A DNA stretch of 64,000 bases from an uncultured Planctomycetia bacterium (GTDB lineage: Bacteria > Omnitrophota > Gorgyraeia > Duberdicusellales > 4484-171): the NCBI GenBank assembly GCA_964489445.1, contig CAZAYU010000001.1, positions 442,480-506,479 on the forward strand, read 5' to 3'. How positions within the stretch are numbered: the first letter of the stretch is position 1; each line of letters starts with the position of its first letter. Made by a program: the position numbers and the translations under genes. Shown one piece after another: positions 47,397 through 56,497 of this stretch. The notes under the pieces are model-generated. The model was not told where the DNA came from and ran no database searches. It worked only from the letters and a program-made list of their open reading frames with translations.

Positions 47397-47564
47397 TCAA
47401 ACAATCAAGATTTTATCTTCATCGATAAAATCTTCTTTTCCTGACAATATAAATTTCATCGTTGCCTTTTCATCTTGTTCATAACGATGCTCGAGAAGAT
47501 CAAAATAATACCTATCTGCTCCGCCTCTTAGGTGATGAAACTTATTAACATTTAATACTTTCAT
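47397..47564 (-). pseudogene. N-terminal remnant of a GT4 glycosyltransferase gene
   Basis: A 55-codon ORF MKVLNVNKFHHLRGGADRYYFDL.. matches the canonical GT4 N-terminus (MKILHVNKFYYPxGGAE) and then terminates. It lies 18 nt upstream of the GT4-GT26 gene. Confidence 0.3.
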
Positions 47565-47598
47565 TAATCTCGCCTAGAAGTAACTACTCCGCATATAT

Positions 47599-49299
47599 TT
47601 AAAAATTCCTGTTTAAATAATCACTATCCTTACTATTTAAAACCCAATTAGAAAATTCCTTAAGATCATCAGCTTTTTTTAACTCATTAAGATTACTTAC
47701 AACGGGATATAAATTATGATCCAATGGATGCGTCCCTTTATTCTTATAATTAAACTCTGCCCGGAAACTATTCATTATCCAAGGCCGAAGTATAAATGCG
47801 GTATAAGCATGTTTTTTTGCCCACAAAGTTTGCTTCTCTGTCAACAAAGGAAACTCATGAATATGAGAAAGATTTTTTAGATACTCATCTTTGGAGACAG
47901 AATCTACAGTAAATCCCAATCCAGAATATCTACCAGTTCCTGCAGTAAATACCGGCTTTCCAAAGCAAGGCAACTCCATCCCGGTTGTTCCTCTTACTGT
48001 AATTCCATAATCAACAAAGTTGAATAAAGATAAAGTGCTGATATCGGTATCCGGCAACAATATTTTAACGTGCGAAGATAACTTGCCTATTTTTTCCCGA
48101 ATAACCATAATTTCCCGCAACTCACCAGTTAAATTGTCCCGATTTCGTTTCCAGATATTCGCAGGATGAAGTTTAATAATCCAATTTAAATTTTTATTGC
48201 TGCAAGCTGCCTTCAGTGTTTCCACAAACCAATCTTCATAATCTTGAAATAAATCATCACCATAAAACAGATTAGCATCCCAAAGCACATGTGAAAAAAT
48301 AATCGCTGTTCTTTTATTGGTGTCTAGCTCTAACTTTCCAATTATCTCGTCCTTGCTTTTGTTAACAGCCTCAAGCTGATTTCTCTTGCTTAAAAACCAC
48401 TTTCCCCCGTAACGATTACCAAATTCTTCCTGAAGAAAATCTTCATGCTTCTTCGTCCATTCAATTTCTTTTATGCGGTCAAAAGTAGACTTAGACAATG
48501 AATTAGGGTGAAGCCCTTTGGATTCAGAATTAAACCGCTTAAATATTAGTGAATCATCACGCAATGGCTGAACAAATTGGACAATATCTTTCCTGTGTAA
48601 AAACGATAAATCAAATATCGCACCATAAGCATGATCATTAGCCTCATTAAACAAAACACAGTCCGGATTTATATTTTTTATCATTTTCTCTGCAGCATAT
48701 ATCGACTTTATTTGATTTTTCAAATAATACTCTAACTGATAAGAATCTTGTTTATTTGAAAAATCCGGAGTTCTGTGCATTCTTCTAGCCATACGACTTA
48801 ATACTTGCTGCCCCAACCGACATTGTTTAAATTGCCACCCTTTAACCTTCTGGAAAGTAAGGTTATTTAAGGGAAAATTTCTTAAATCCTTCTTGCAGTC
48901 AAATTTATCAAATTGTTTCAAATAATCTTCAAAATAGATAAAATTATTAATCCCAAAAAGCTTAAAATATTTTCGGGGCCAGAAAAAATGCTTCCAGGTC
49001 AATACAACTATTTCTGCTCCGGCAAGCTGCAAAGCCTTACCCAGCATTGCTTCAGTTTTAACTTGATATAAAAAATGCGTAAGACTAACAATTAATATCT
49101 TTTTGTTGGAATAATCTTGAGTCTTGTTTTTTAGAAAACAAAGACCTTTTTTTGCCCTTTGATAATCAGAGGCTATTTGGAAAAAATGCGCAAGATTTTG
49201 ATGATTACGCAATAAATAAACAAATGGAAATATAGATGCAATTTTTTCGGCTATTTCTATTTTTTTCATTAAAATAGATCTCCTGTCTTTAGCAAACAC
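47599..49299 (-). CDS. Hypothetical GT-B-like protein with an 'HP' motif, either a KpsS/KpsC/LpsZ-like capsule synthesis protein or a candidate sialyltransferase
   Basis: IIKLHPANIW and a downstream GTTGMELPCFGKPVFTAG resemble HP-motif families (Capsule_synth / GT38-52-80 sialyltransferases / TagF-like). It is next to the neuBCA genes. Confidence 0.3.
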   Translation of the reverse strand: MFAKDRRSILMKKIEIAEKIASIFPFVYLLRNHQNLAHFFQIASDYQRAKKGLCFLKNKTQDYSNKKILIVSLTHFLYQVKTEAMLGKALQLAGAEIVVLTWKHFFWPRKYFKLFGINNFIYFEDYLKQFDKFDCKKDLRNFPLNNLTFQKVKGWQFKQCRLGQQVLSRMARRMHRTPDFSNKQDSYQLEYYLKNQIKSIYAAEKMIKNINPDCVLFNEANDHAYGAIFDLSFLHRKDIVQFVQPLRDDSLIFKRFNSESKGLHPNSLSKSTFDRIKEIEWTKKHEDFLQEEFGNRYGGKWFLSKRNQLEAVNKSKDEIIGKLELDTNKRTAIIFSHVLWDANLFYGDDLFQDYEDWFVETLKAACSNKNLNWIIKLHPANIWKRNRDNLTGELREIMVIREKIGKLSSHVKILLPDTDISTLSLFNFVDYGITVRGTTGMELPCFGKPVFTAGTGRYSGLGFTVDSVSKDEYLKNLSHIHEFPLLTEKQTLWAKKHAYTAFILRPWIMNSFRAEFNYKNKGTHPLDHNLYPVVSNLNELKKADDLKEFSNWVLNSKDSDYLNRNF

Positions 49300-50340
49300 T
49301 TACCGCTGACGATTGATTTTTTCTAGCAACAACGTTGCTTGGAGTCCGTCTTCTATCGTTGGGCTATCTTTGCTGATATTTCCTAGAATAGCATTGATAA
49401 ATCGTGAATCTACACGATAAAAAAGCGAAGACATTCTTTTGCTTTCATTTTTATTGGTAATTGATAAAACTTGTGCCTTTGTATTCTCTTGGCAATGTAA
49501 ACTTAAGGTAAAGGGGCCAGCAGAAGAGCCCGGATTAAAATTTTCAACTCGTAATGTTCCTTTACTTCCAAAAGCCGTTAATGAATAGCCTAGAGCCGGC
49601 ATAGTCACATTAGAAAGATGAACAGAAACAACAGTTCCATTAGAAAGCTTAAAAAGAATAGTTGCCACTTCTTCACCCGTAACTTTACGATTCTTTTTCC
49701 CTTCTTTCCTTCGATTAACAAATATCTTTTTATCAACACTCAGTATTTTAGGTGCTGGTGAATCATAGAATAAATAATCAAGTACATGCACACCATAATT
49801 CTGGATAATGCCTCCCCCTAATTCATTTTGGTTTTTCCACCCAAAAGATATCTGATGATTAAGGCGACTGGAAAGAATCCACTCAAGACGAATAAAATGG
49901 ACTACTCCACATTGTTTTTTAGAAATCTGCTTCTTGAATTCCAAAATTTGGGGAATTAAGCGATAACAAAAATTAACCATTCCCACACAATGAGATTTTT
50001 TCCATGCCCTCTGAACTTTTCGGGCATCATTTGAATTTAAACTAAGCGGTTTTTCACATAAAACGTGTTTTTTATTTTTAAAAGCCGAAATCGCTATTGA
50101 AGCTTGAGCAGAAGGAGTAACTGCTATAATCACTGCATCAATTTTTGATGATTCCAACATCTCATCAATAGAACTATAATGTTTAATGCCTGTTTTTTGG
50201 GCAATTAGTGCAGATTTTTTAACATCACAATCAGCAATGCCTGCTATTGCTACCATAGGAATCATGCGCAAAGCTTCAATATGAATCTTACCCGCTGTCC
50301 CGGCTCCAATAATCCCCACCTGTATTTTTCTTTTTCCCAT
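49300..50340 (-). CDS. Gfo/Idh/MocA-family NAD(P)-dependent oxidoreductase
   Basis: The N-terminal Rossmann fold is IQVGIIGAGTAGKIHIEAL, followed by EKPLSLNSNDA. Confidence 0.85.
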   Translation of the reverse strand: MGKRKIQVGIIGAGTAGKIHIEALRMIPMVAIAGIADCDVKKSALIAQKTGIKHYSSIDEMLESSKIDAVIIAVTPSAQASIAISAFKNKKHVLCEKPLSLNSNDARKVQRAWKKSHCVGMVNFCYRLIPQILEFKKQISKKQCGVVHFIRLEWILSSRLNHQISFGWKNQNELGGGIIQNYGVHVLDYLFYDSPAPKILSVDKKIFVNRRKEGKKNRKVTGEEVATILFKLSNGTVVSVHLSNVTMPALGYSLTAFGSKGTLRVENFNPGSSAGPFTLSLHCQENTKAQVLSITNKNESKRMSSLFYRVDSRFINAILGNISKDSPTIEDGLQATLLLEKINRQR

Positions 50341-50358
50341 ATAATTATTTAGTAAGTC

Positions 50359-51621
50359 TTAAAATTTAATTTTTTTAATTTCATCAATTAATAAATCCCC
50401 GGCTACATCAGGAGAGAATGATTTACTATACTCCTCAAATGCATTAGCCGCCACCGAAGATGATAATTGCTTATCTTCATAAACTTTTTTCATGCAACTA
50501 ATAAAATCATTTGCTGTCTTACCTAAAAAGCATGTCTTGTTGTTTACCAAACAAGGATTCCCCAAAGAAGTATTTTTATGTGCAATTACCGGAGCACCTA
50601 AAGACATTGCGGTAACAATTCTACTCCGATTTCCTACTGGAACATCAATCGGAACAATAACTGCATGACACTTGTTTATTAAGCTTACAATATCTTCCAC
50701 AAAGCCCAGATATTTAATTTCCGGCTTATCAATTATTTTCTTCTCTGCCCATTTTGGCAATTTAAGCAAACCGGACAAATATATTTGGAAATTGCCTGCC
50801 CCCCATAACTGTATTAAGCCAAAATACACTTTATCCAAGAAAAAATGTAGTGCTGAACGTGAACCAAGAGCAGATAAATTACCAAAAAACAAGAATGAAG
50901 GCTTTGGGTCTGTCTTCCTGTTTATACAAAATTTATATTCATTTGGCCAAGGATACGGTAAATATAACGAATCAATTTTAAGCCGAGATAATATTGATTC
51001 TGAAGATTTTGAAGAAACTACAACCAAAGAACATCCTGAAAGATTACGTACATAAAATAACTTGCTTAACTGGGATACTATCCAGGCAACAGGTAAAAAA
51101 AACAATTTAATAAAGCTTTCTTTTGTTGCATAAAGCGCATGATACCATAAAGTCTGAAAATTTAAATCACCTAGCCAACAAACTCGCGGGCAAAAAATAT
51201 ATTTTTCTAGCGTAGTGTTAGCAGAGATATCAAAGGAAAAAGATAAATCAGGATTAAACTGATTAATTTTTTTTACAATTTCTCTCGGCAAAACACATAA
51301 AGAAACCCCTAGCTTCTTTTTTAGCTTAGAAATTCTACCAGGGCAGAAACTTAAGACGTGAAACTTGCCTGCTTCTTCAAACTCATCACAATAAACCTTT
51401 AGTCTATCCTTACATTCCTCTTTATCTTCCAAAATCAAGAGATGGATAATATTAAATCCAGAATCTTTTAATTTCTGTATGTAGTAATAGAAAAGAACAA
51501 CACTAGCCCCAAATTTTTTTTGAGGTATTGCACCAAAGCTACAAACGACCAGTCGTTTTCCTTGGATATTATTACCTGCCATATGCTTAGCCAAGTATTT
51601 CAATCTCCAGTAGCGGAACAA
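50359..51621 (-). CDS. GT-B fold glycosyltransferase (divergent GT4-like)
   Basis: The C-terminal region IVPIDVPVGNRSRIVTAMSLGAPVIA resembles the GT4 EX7E region. The protein is 420 aa. Confidence 0.45.
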   Translation of the reverse strand: MFRYWRLKYLAKHMAGNNIQGKRLVVCSFGAIPQKKFGASVVLFYYYIQKLKDSGFNIIHLLILEDKEECKDRLKVYCDEFEEAGKFHVLSFCPGRISKLKKKLGVSLCVLPREIVKKINQFNPDLSFSFDISANTTLEKYIFCPRVCWLGDLNFQTLWYHALYATKESFIKLFFLPVAWIVSQLSKLFYVRNLSGCSLVVVSSKSSESILSRLKIDSLYLPYPWPNEYKFCINRKTDPKPSFLFFGNLSALGSRSALHFFLDKVYFGLIQLWGAGNFQIYLSGLLKLPKWAEKKIIDKPEIKYLGFVEDIVSLINKCHAVIVPIDVPVGNRSRIVTAMSLGAPVIAHKNTSLGNPCLVNNKTCFLGKTANDFISCMKKVYEDKQLSSSVAANAFEEYSKSFSPDVAGDLLIDEIKKIKF

Positions 51622-52846
51622 TTATTTTTGAACGTAGGCCTCGTTCACGTAATTTTTTAATTATTGGCAAGGCATAATGCCATGATAGCATTAAAACATA
51701 ATCCGGCTGCTCTTTTAGCATTAAGGACTCATCTACAACTGGTATATGGGTATTAGGTGTATACATTCCTAATTTTAGGCAAGTTGATTGTTCAGCTATA
51801 TATGGTAATAGATCGCTGGTTACCCCACAATAATGTAATAAAGTAGCAGATCGCCCCGGACAACCGGCCCCGACAACTCTTTTGTTCTCATTGTTAAGCT
51901 GAACCAATAATGATCTAATTTTCTGACATGATTTTTTAACACGTTCAGCAAATTTATCATAAGTAGAATCATCATAGGCTCCGCTTTCGTCTTCAAGTTT
52001 TATAAGCTTACTTACACTTTCTGATACTCGGTGGTTGATGCCTTTTTTAGCATATACCCTGATAGAACCACCATAATTAGGAATACGCTCAACATCAATA
52101 AGCGTAAACCCATGGTCAGTAAAAAATTTAACTAATGGTTTAATAAGATAATAGCGTAAATGTTCGTGATAGATTGAATCATATTGAAGAGTTTTTAAAA
52201 TATCTAGCTGGTAGTGCGATTCGCTGATAAAAATGCCCCCTTCTTCTAATAAATGATTAATACCTTTAGTTAAGCCGGAAAAATCATTCACATGAGCAAA
52301 AACATTAGCAGCAGTTACCAAAGATGCCTTGCCATGAGTATCTGTTATCTTGTGGGCTGTCGGTAACGAAAAAAACTCTTTTAGTGTTTCAATTCCATTA
52401 GCATTAGCAATGTCGGCAATATCTGTTGCCTCCACACCAAGCACTCTCATTCCCATGTTTTTAAAGCCTTCAAGAATAGTTCCATCGTTAGATCCAACAT
52501 CAACAACAAAAGAATTTTTTGGTAAACCAAGCTTATCAACCATATGAGAGGAAATTCCGTGTAAATTATTTCTTAGTGTTTCAGTAATGCCACTACGATA
52601 AGGATACTCGGGGTAAAATAATTCTCTCGTATCAACTGCGTAATCTATCTGCACTAATCCACAGTCACGACACCTCACCAAATTAAGCGGATAGCTTTTC
52701 TCTGGCTTTTTTAACATATCTTTAGTAAGGAGTGAATCACAAGGAGCAAAAAAACCCATATTAATTACTTGTTGAAGATTTTTTGAACTGCAGATCTGAC
52801 AATAATCTATATGCCCAAGCGGTATATCTTCTTTCTCTTTATTCAT
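51587..52846 (-). CDS. Sugar C-methyltransferase-family SAM enzyme with a Zn-ribbon N-domain, a class I methyltransferase core and a C-methyltransferase C-terminal domain (TylCIII/NovU-like architecture)
   Basis: N-terminal CQICSS...CRDCGLVQ, a methyltransferase core VVDVGSNDG and the hallmark DSIYHEHLRYY. The protein is 419 aa. Confidence 0.65.
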   Translation of the reverse strand: MNKEKEDIPLGHIDYCQICSSKNLQQVINMGFFAPCDSLLTKDMLKKPEKSYPLNLVRCRDCGLVQIDYAVDTRELFYPEYPYRSGITETLRNNLHGISSHMVDKLGLPKNSFVVDVGSNDGTILEGFKNMGMRVLGVEATDIADIANANGIETLKEFFSLPTAHKITDTHGKASLVTAANVFAHVNDFSGLTKGINHLLEEGGIFISESHYQLDILKTLQYDSIYHEHLRYYLIKPLVKFFTDHGFTLIDVERIPNYGGSIRVYAKKGINHRVSESVSKLIKLEDESGAYDDSTYDKFAERVKKSCQKIRSLLVQLNNENKRVVGAGCPGRSATLLHYCGVTSDLLPYIAEQSTCLKLGMYTPNTHIPVVDESLMLKEQPDYVLMLSWHYALPIIKKLRERGLRSKIIVPLLEIEILG

Positions 52847-53574
52847 AGCTCCTCCTTAACATAACCGGTAAATATAAATGCCTTCGCCTCATTTGTTTCG
52901 ATAAATTTCTCAAATCTAAGTTCCGGATTTTTATTACAAAATTCAGCAAAAGCTCTTCGTTCTCCTTTTTCTGGGTCAGCACAAAAACAATTCCAATCAT
53001 CAAAAACAATAATTGTTCCTTTCTGTAAGAAATCTTTAATAAAACCTAAAACCGGAACTGTCGATGCATACAGATCACAATCAATATAAATAACTGCTGC
53101 TTTTTTCGGTAATAACCTTTGCTTTAACTCTGGGGTTAGTGAAACATCGTAAAACCCCTTAACGGTATTTAGCCTATTCTTGGGAATTCCATGTTTTCTG
53201 GCAATCCGAATAAAATCATTCTCAGAAGTCTTTAATTTTCCTTTTTCCCAAATCTTTTGTTTGTCTATATCACTTATCTCCGGTAATCCTTCAAAAGAAT
53301 CAAAAGCAATATACGTCCAATCAAACAAGTGTCGAAAACAATTGTATGCCTGGCGAATGGTATTTGCTTCATGGCAACCAAACTCAAAATAATACCCTTC
53401 AATCGGACGATTAATATGGCAAAACCTAGCTATACTTAAAAAAATATACTTACGCTGGTCTTGTCCAAATCTAAAATATTCTTTTCTAATCCATCTATAT
53501 CTTTTAGAGACATAGCTTAAAAGAAAGCGCGCTACACGCTTATTTTTTTCTGATAATCTAAATAATTGCTTCAT
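52843..53574 (-). CDS. TylF/MycF-family (macrocin O-methyltransferase-like) SAM-dependent sugar O-methyltransferase
   Basis: FEFGCHEANT..DSFEGLP..IDCDLYASTVPVLGFIKDFLQKGTIIVFDDW matches the PF05711 pattern. Confidence 0.65.
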   Translation of the reverse strand: MKQLFRLSEKNKRVARFLLSYVSKRYRWIRKEYFRFGQDQRKYIFLSIARFCHINRPIEGYYFEFGCHEANTIRQAYNCFRHLFDWTYIAFDSFEGLPEISDIDKQKIWEKGKLKTSENDFIRIARKHGIPKNRLNTVKGFYDVSLTPELKQRLLPKKAAVIYIDCDLYASTVPVLGFIKDFLQKGTIIVFDDWNCFCADPEKGERRAFAEFCNKNPELRFEKFIETNEAKAFIFTGYVKEEL

Positions 53575-54269
53575 TTTTCTAAAATATACTTAGCAAAGTT
53601 AAAATCAAACTCATCATCAATATCAATGCTTTCCTGTTTTTTCATAACATAAGCTAAAATTTTTTCTCCGTAAGTGCTATTCTTAACGCAAAGACATTCA
53701 TTAGTAAATGCTAACACCGCCGGACCATTACGTCCATAAAATAAAGGCTTTTTTTGACGAATATTATTCGTTTCATTAAATTTTAGAAAAGGCTTTAGGT
53801 GCTTACCTTCGAGCTGCATTACTGAATAAGGATTAAAACTATGCGGGACATCAACTACACTAACAACCGAATCCGCCCCTGAAGCCATCAATGCCTCTAG
53901 CGCTTCATCAATGTGTTGAGTGGTCCTAAAAGGAGAAGTTGGTTGAAGTAATATTATTAAATCAGGAACATATTTTTCTTTTTCTTTTAAAAACAAAGCT
54001 GCGTGCTTTATTACCGCCAACATCGATGTGTCATCCTCAGCTAAATTTTGCGGCCGGATAAACGGTACATCTACTTTTTGCTTTTGACAATAAGTCATGA
54101 TTTCCTGATCATCACTGGAAAGAATAAGTCTGGTAATTAGTTTGCTGTTTACTGCAGCATTAATTGTGTATTGGATTAATGGAATTCCGCCTAAAAAAGA
54201 GATATTTTTTCTTGGAACACCCTTTGAATTGCCCCGAGCAGGAATTATTCCTAAAATTTCTTTTCCCAT
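53571..54269 (-). CDS. neuA: Acylneuraminate cytidylyltransferase (CMP-sialic acid / nonulosonic acid synthetase)
   Basis: GIIPARGNSKGVPRKN, the CMP-NeuAc/CMP-Kdo synthetase signature, in a 232-aa protein. Confidence 0.8.
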   Translation of the reverse strand: MGKEILGIIPARGNSKGVPRKNISFLGGIPLIQYTINAAVNSKLITRLILSSDDQEIMTYCQKQKVDVPFIRPQNLAEDDTSMLAVIKHAALFLKEKEKYVPDLIILLQPTSPFRTTQHIDEALEALMASGADSVVSVVDVPHSFNPYSVMQLEGKHLKPFLKFNETNNIRQKKPLFYGRNGPAVLAFTNECLCVKNSTYGEKILAYVMKKQESIDIDDEFDFNFAKYILEK

Positions 54270-54273
54270 AAAA

Positions 54274-55464
54274 TTAATAATTAAGCTTTTTCTGCAGTGA
54301 GACAGCTGTTAAATCTAACTCGGAGATAATTTTTGCAATTTTTTCCCCGGCACCTCCGTCACCATAAATATAATCTGGTTCGTATTTACCAACTTTAAGC
54401 TGTTTTTTGATCGCACAGATAATTTCATCTTTGTTATACCCAACATCAAACACATTACTTCCTCTTGCTCTTCCCTGCTGCCGACTGCCGATATTAACAG
54501 CTCCAACTCCAATAATCGCGCCCTCCCGAATTGCACTACTAGAATTACCAACAACACAAGCACAAATATCCATCAATTTTATATATACTTCTACCGGAAG
54601 ATTTTTGAAAAGATGTAACCATTGATCAGGCTTATACCTTTCACGAAATGTTCTGATCTCTTTGGATATTTCATCTGAGCCGGCATCAGCATTAGGCCAA
54701 AGCAAAATCGTAGGCATTCCAAGCTCAAGTAGAGCCATTAAAGTTTCCTTCATATGTTTGCGATTATTCCCATACTCAGTTGTTACCGGATGTTGAGACA
54801 CAAGCAAAAACTTTTCCTTATTTAAATCAAATCTTCCACCGATTCCTTTATATTTAGGCCAAAAACTTTCCTGATCTACGCCTTCACCCTTTCGATTTTC
54901 ATCGATAAGTTTTCTAACTAAATCTATTCTCGGGCAACCAGTAACAAACACATTTTTCGGATTTTCACCCATTTTAATAATTCTTTCTGCTGCTTTCTTG
55001 TTAGCTGCAAAATGAATATGTGAAAATTTCGTAACCGCATGCCGAATACTTTCATCAATGGTTCCAGAAACCTCACCTCCCATCGTATGGGCAAGATGAA
55101 TATTCATATAGGTAGCAGTCGAAGCTGTAGCCAAAGTTTCAAAACGATCACCAACAGTAATAACTATATCCGGCCGATGATTCATGAATATTCCGGATAA
55201 TTCAATCATTCCTAAACCAGTAGACATAGCCATAGTCTGAGGATTCTCTCCTTCCACTAGAATATAAAACTTCTCGGTAATTCGAAAACCATCACTTTCT
55301 ATCAAATCAACAACACGCCCGTATCTATCCAGTAAAGCTGAAGCTCCCACAAAAACTAAAAGTTCAAGGGTATCGTTGCGTTTTATAATTTCCTGCATTA
55401 CAGATTTTATGCTAGCGTAATTAGCCCGGCTACCGACAACTACTCCTACTTTTATTTTTTTCAT
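54274..55464 (-). CDS. neuC: UDP-N-acetylglucosamine 2-epimerase (hydrolysing), NeuC family
   Basis: A 396-aa protein with VGSRANYASIKSV, HRPDIVITVGDRFETLA and HTMGGEVSG motifs of NeuC-type epimerases. Confidence 0.8.
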   Translation of the reverse strand: MKKIKVGVVVGSRANYASIKSVMQEIIKRNDTLELLVFVGASALLDRYGRVVDLIESDGFRITEKFYILVEGENPQTMAMSTGLGMIELSGIFMNHRPDIVITVGDRFETLATASTATYMNIHLAHTMGGEVSGTIDESIRHAVTKFSHIHFAANKKAAERIIKMGENPKNVFVTGCPRIDLVRKLIDENRKGEGVDQESFWPKYKGIGGRFDLNKEKFLLVSQHPVTTEYGNNRKHMKETLMALLELGMPTILLWPNADAGSDEISKEIRTFRERYKPDQWLHLFKNLPVEVYIKLMDICACVVGNSSSAIREGAIIGVGAVNIGSRQQGRARGSNVFDVGYNKDEIICAIKKQLKVGKYEPDYIYGDGGAGEKIAKIISELDLTAVSLQKKLNY

Positions 55465-56480
55465 TCTTCTAGCATCTCCTCTTGTATTTTTATATTCACA
55501 TCAATATCCATCTTGACTTTACGACTCAGTAAATCCTTATATTTGTCAGCTCTTATTCCATCTCCAGGCTTTTTAAATGCCAGCATATTAGCGCTTAGCA
55601 CTGAACCACTTTTAATTTGCTGATTAGATACAATACTTTTTTCAAAAATAACTTTCATACTCTGAAGCTTTTTGGCCAACATATCCTTGTCTACGTCATT
55701 AGCCAACGCTAACTCTAAGCTTCTGATTTCTTTAATAAAATCAGCCAACCTTGAAGGAACTAAAGAATGCTCAGAATCAGAACCAGCAATATCTTTTTCT
55801 AAGGTAAAATGCCTCTCAATAACCTCTGCCCCTAAAACAACTGCAGCTATTGAAGCAGTGTTGTCTAATGTATGATCAGAAAAACCCACAGCAAGACCAA
55901 ATCTTTTTTTCATTTCAGACAAAACGTTTAAACCTACTTCTTGCATCGGACAAGGGTAAACCGATGAACACTGTAAAATCGTAATATCCCGGCAGCCTCC
56001 TGCTCTTAGCGTTTGAACCGCATTTTCCAATTCCTTCCAGCTACTCATCCCTGAAGAAAGTAATACTGGCTTACCCAAAGAAGATACTTTTTCTAATAAT
56101 GATAAATTAGTTACTTCTCCTGAAGGTATCTTATGCTTTTTAATGGCAATATTTTCCAGTAAATCAACAGCTTCATTAGAAAACACTGACGCCATAAACT
56201 CTATTTTACATTCTTTTTCTGCATAATTTTTTAGTATTTTCCACTGCTCGACATCAAAAGACGTCCTTTCGAAATATTGTTTGCGGCTTTCCGATTTAAA
56301 ATAAGGCGGATTAGGAGCTTCCGGCAAGCTTTCAGCATCAAAAATATGCACCTGAAATTTTACGGCATCTGCCCCACAAGAAGCAGCCTGAGCAATGAAT
56401 TCTTTTGCCAAATCTAAAGAACCATCATGAAGATTTCCTACTTCAGCAATAATAAAGGTTTTCTTTTTCCTGTTATTCAA
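55461..56480 (-). CDS. neuB: N-acetylneuraminate (nonulosonic acid) synthase
   Basis: FIIAEVGNLHDGSLDLAKEFI begins the NeuB TIM barrel, followed by a C-terminal SAF domain, in 339 aa. Confidence 0.85.
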   Translation of the reverse strand: MNNRKKKTFIIAEVGNLHDGSLDLAKEFIAQAASCGADAVKFQVHIFDAESLPEAPNPPYFKSESRKQYFERTSFDVEQWKILKNYAEKECKIEFMASVFSNEAVDLLENIAIKKHKIPSGEVTNLSLLEKVSSLGKPVLLSSGMSSWKELENAVQTLRAGGCRDITILQCSSVYPCPMQEVGLNVLSEMKKRFGLAVGFSDHTLDNTASIAAVVLGAEVIERHFTLEKDIAGSDSEHSLVPSRLADFIKEIRSLELALANDVDKDMLAKKLQSMKVIFEKSIVSNQQIKSGSVLSANMLAFKKPGDGIRADKYKDLLSRKVKMDIDVNIKIQEEMLEE

Positions 56481-56497
56481 ATTTCACCCACCTGTAA

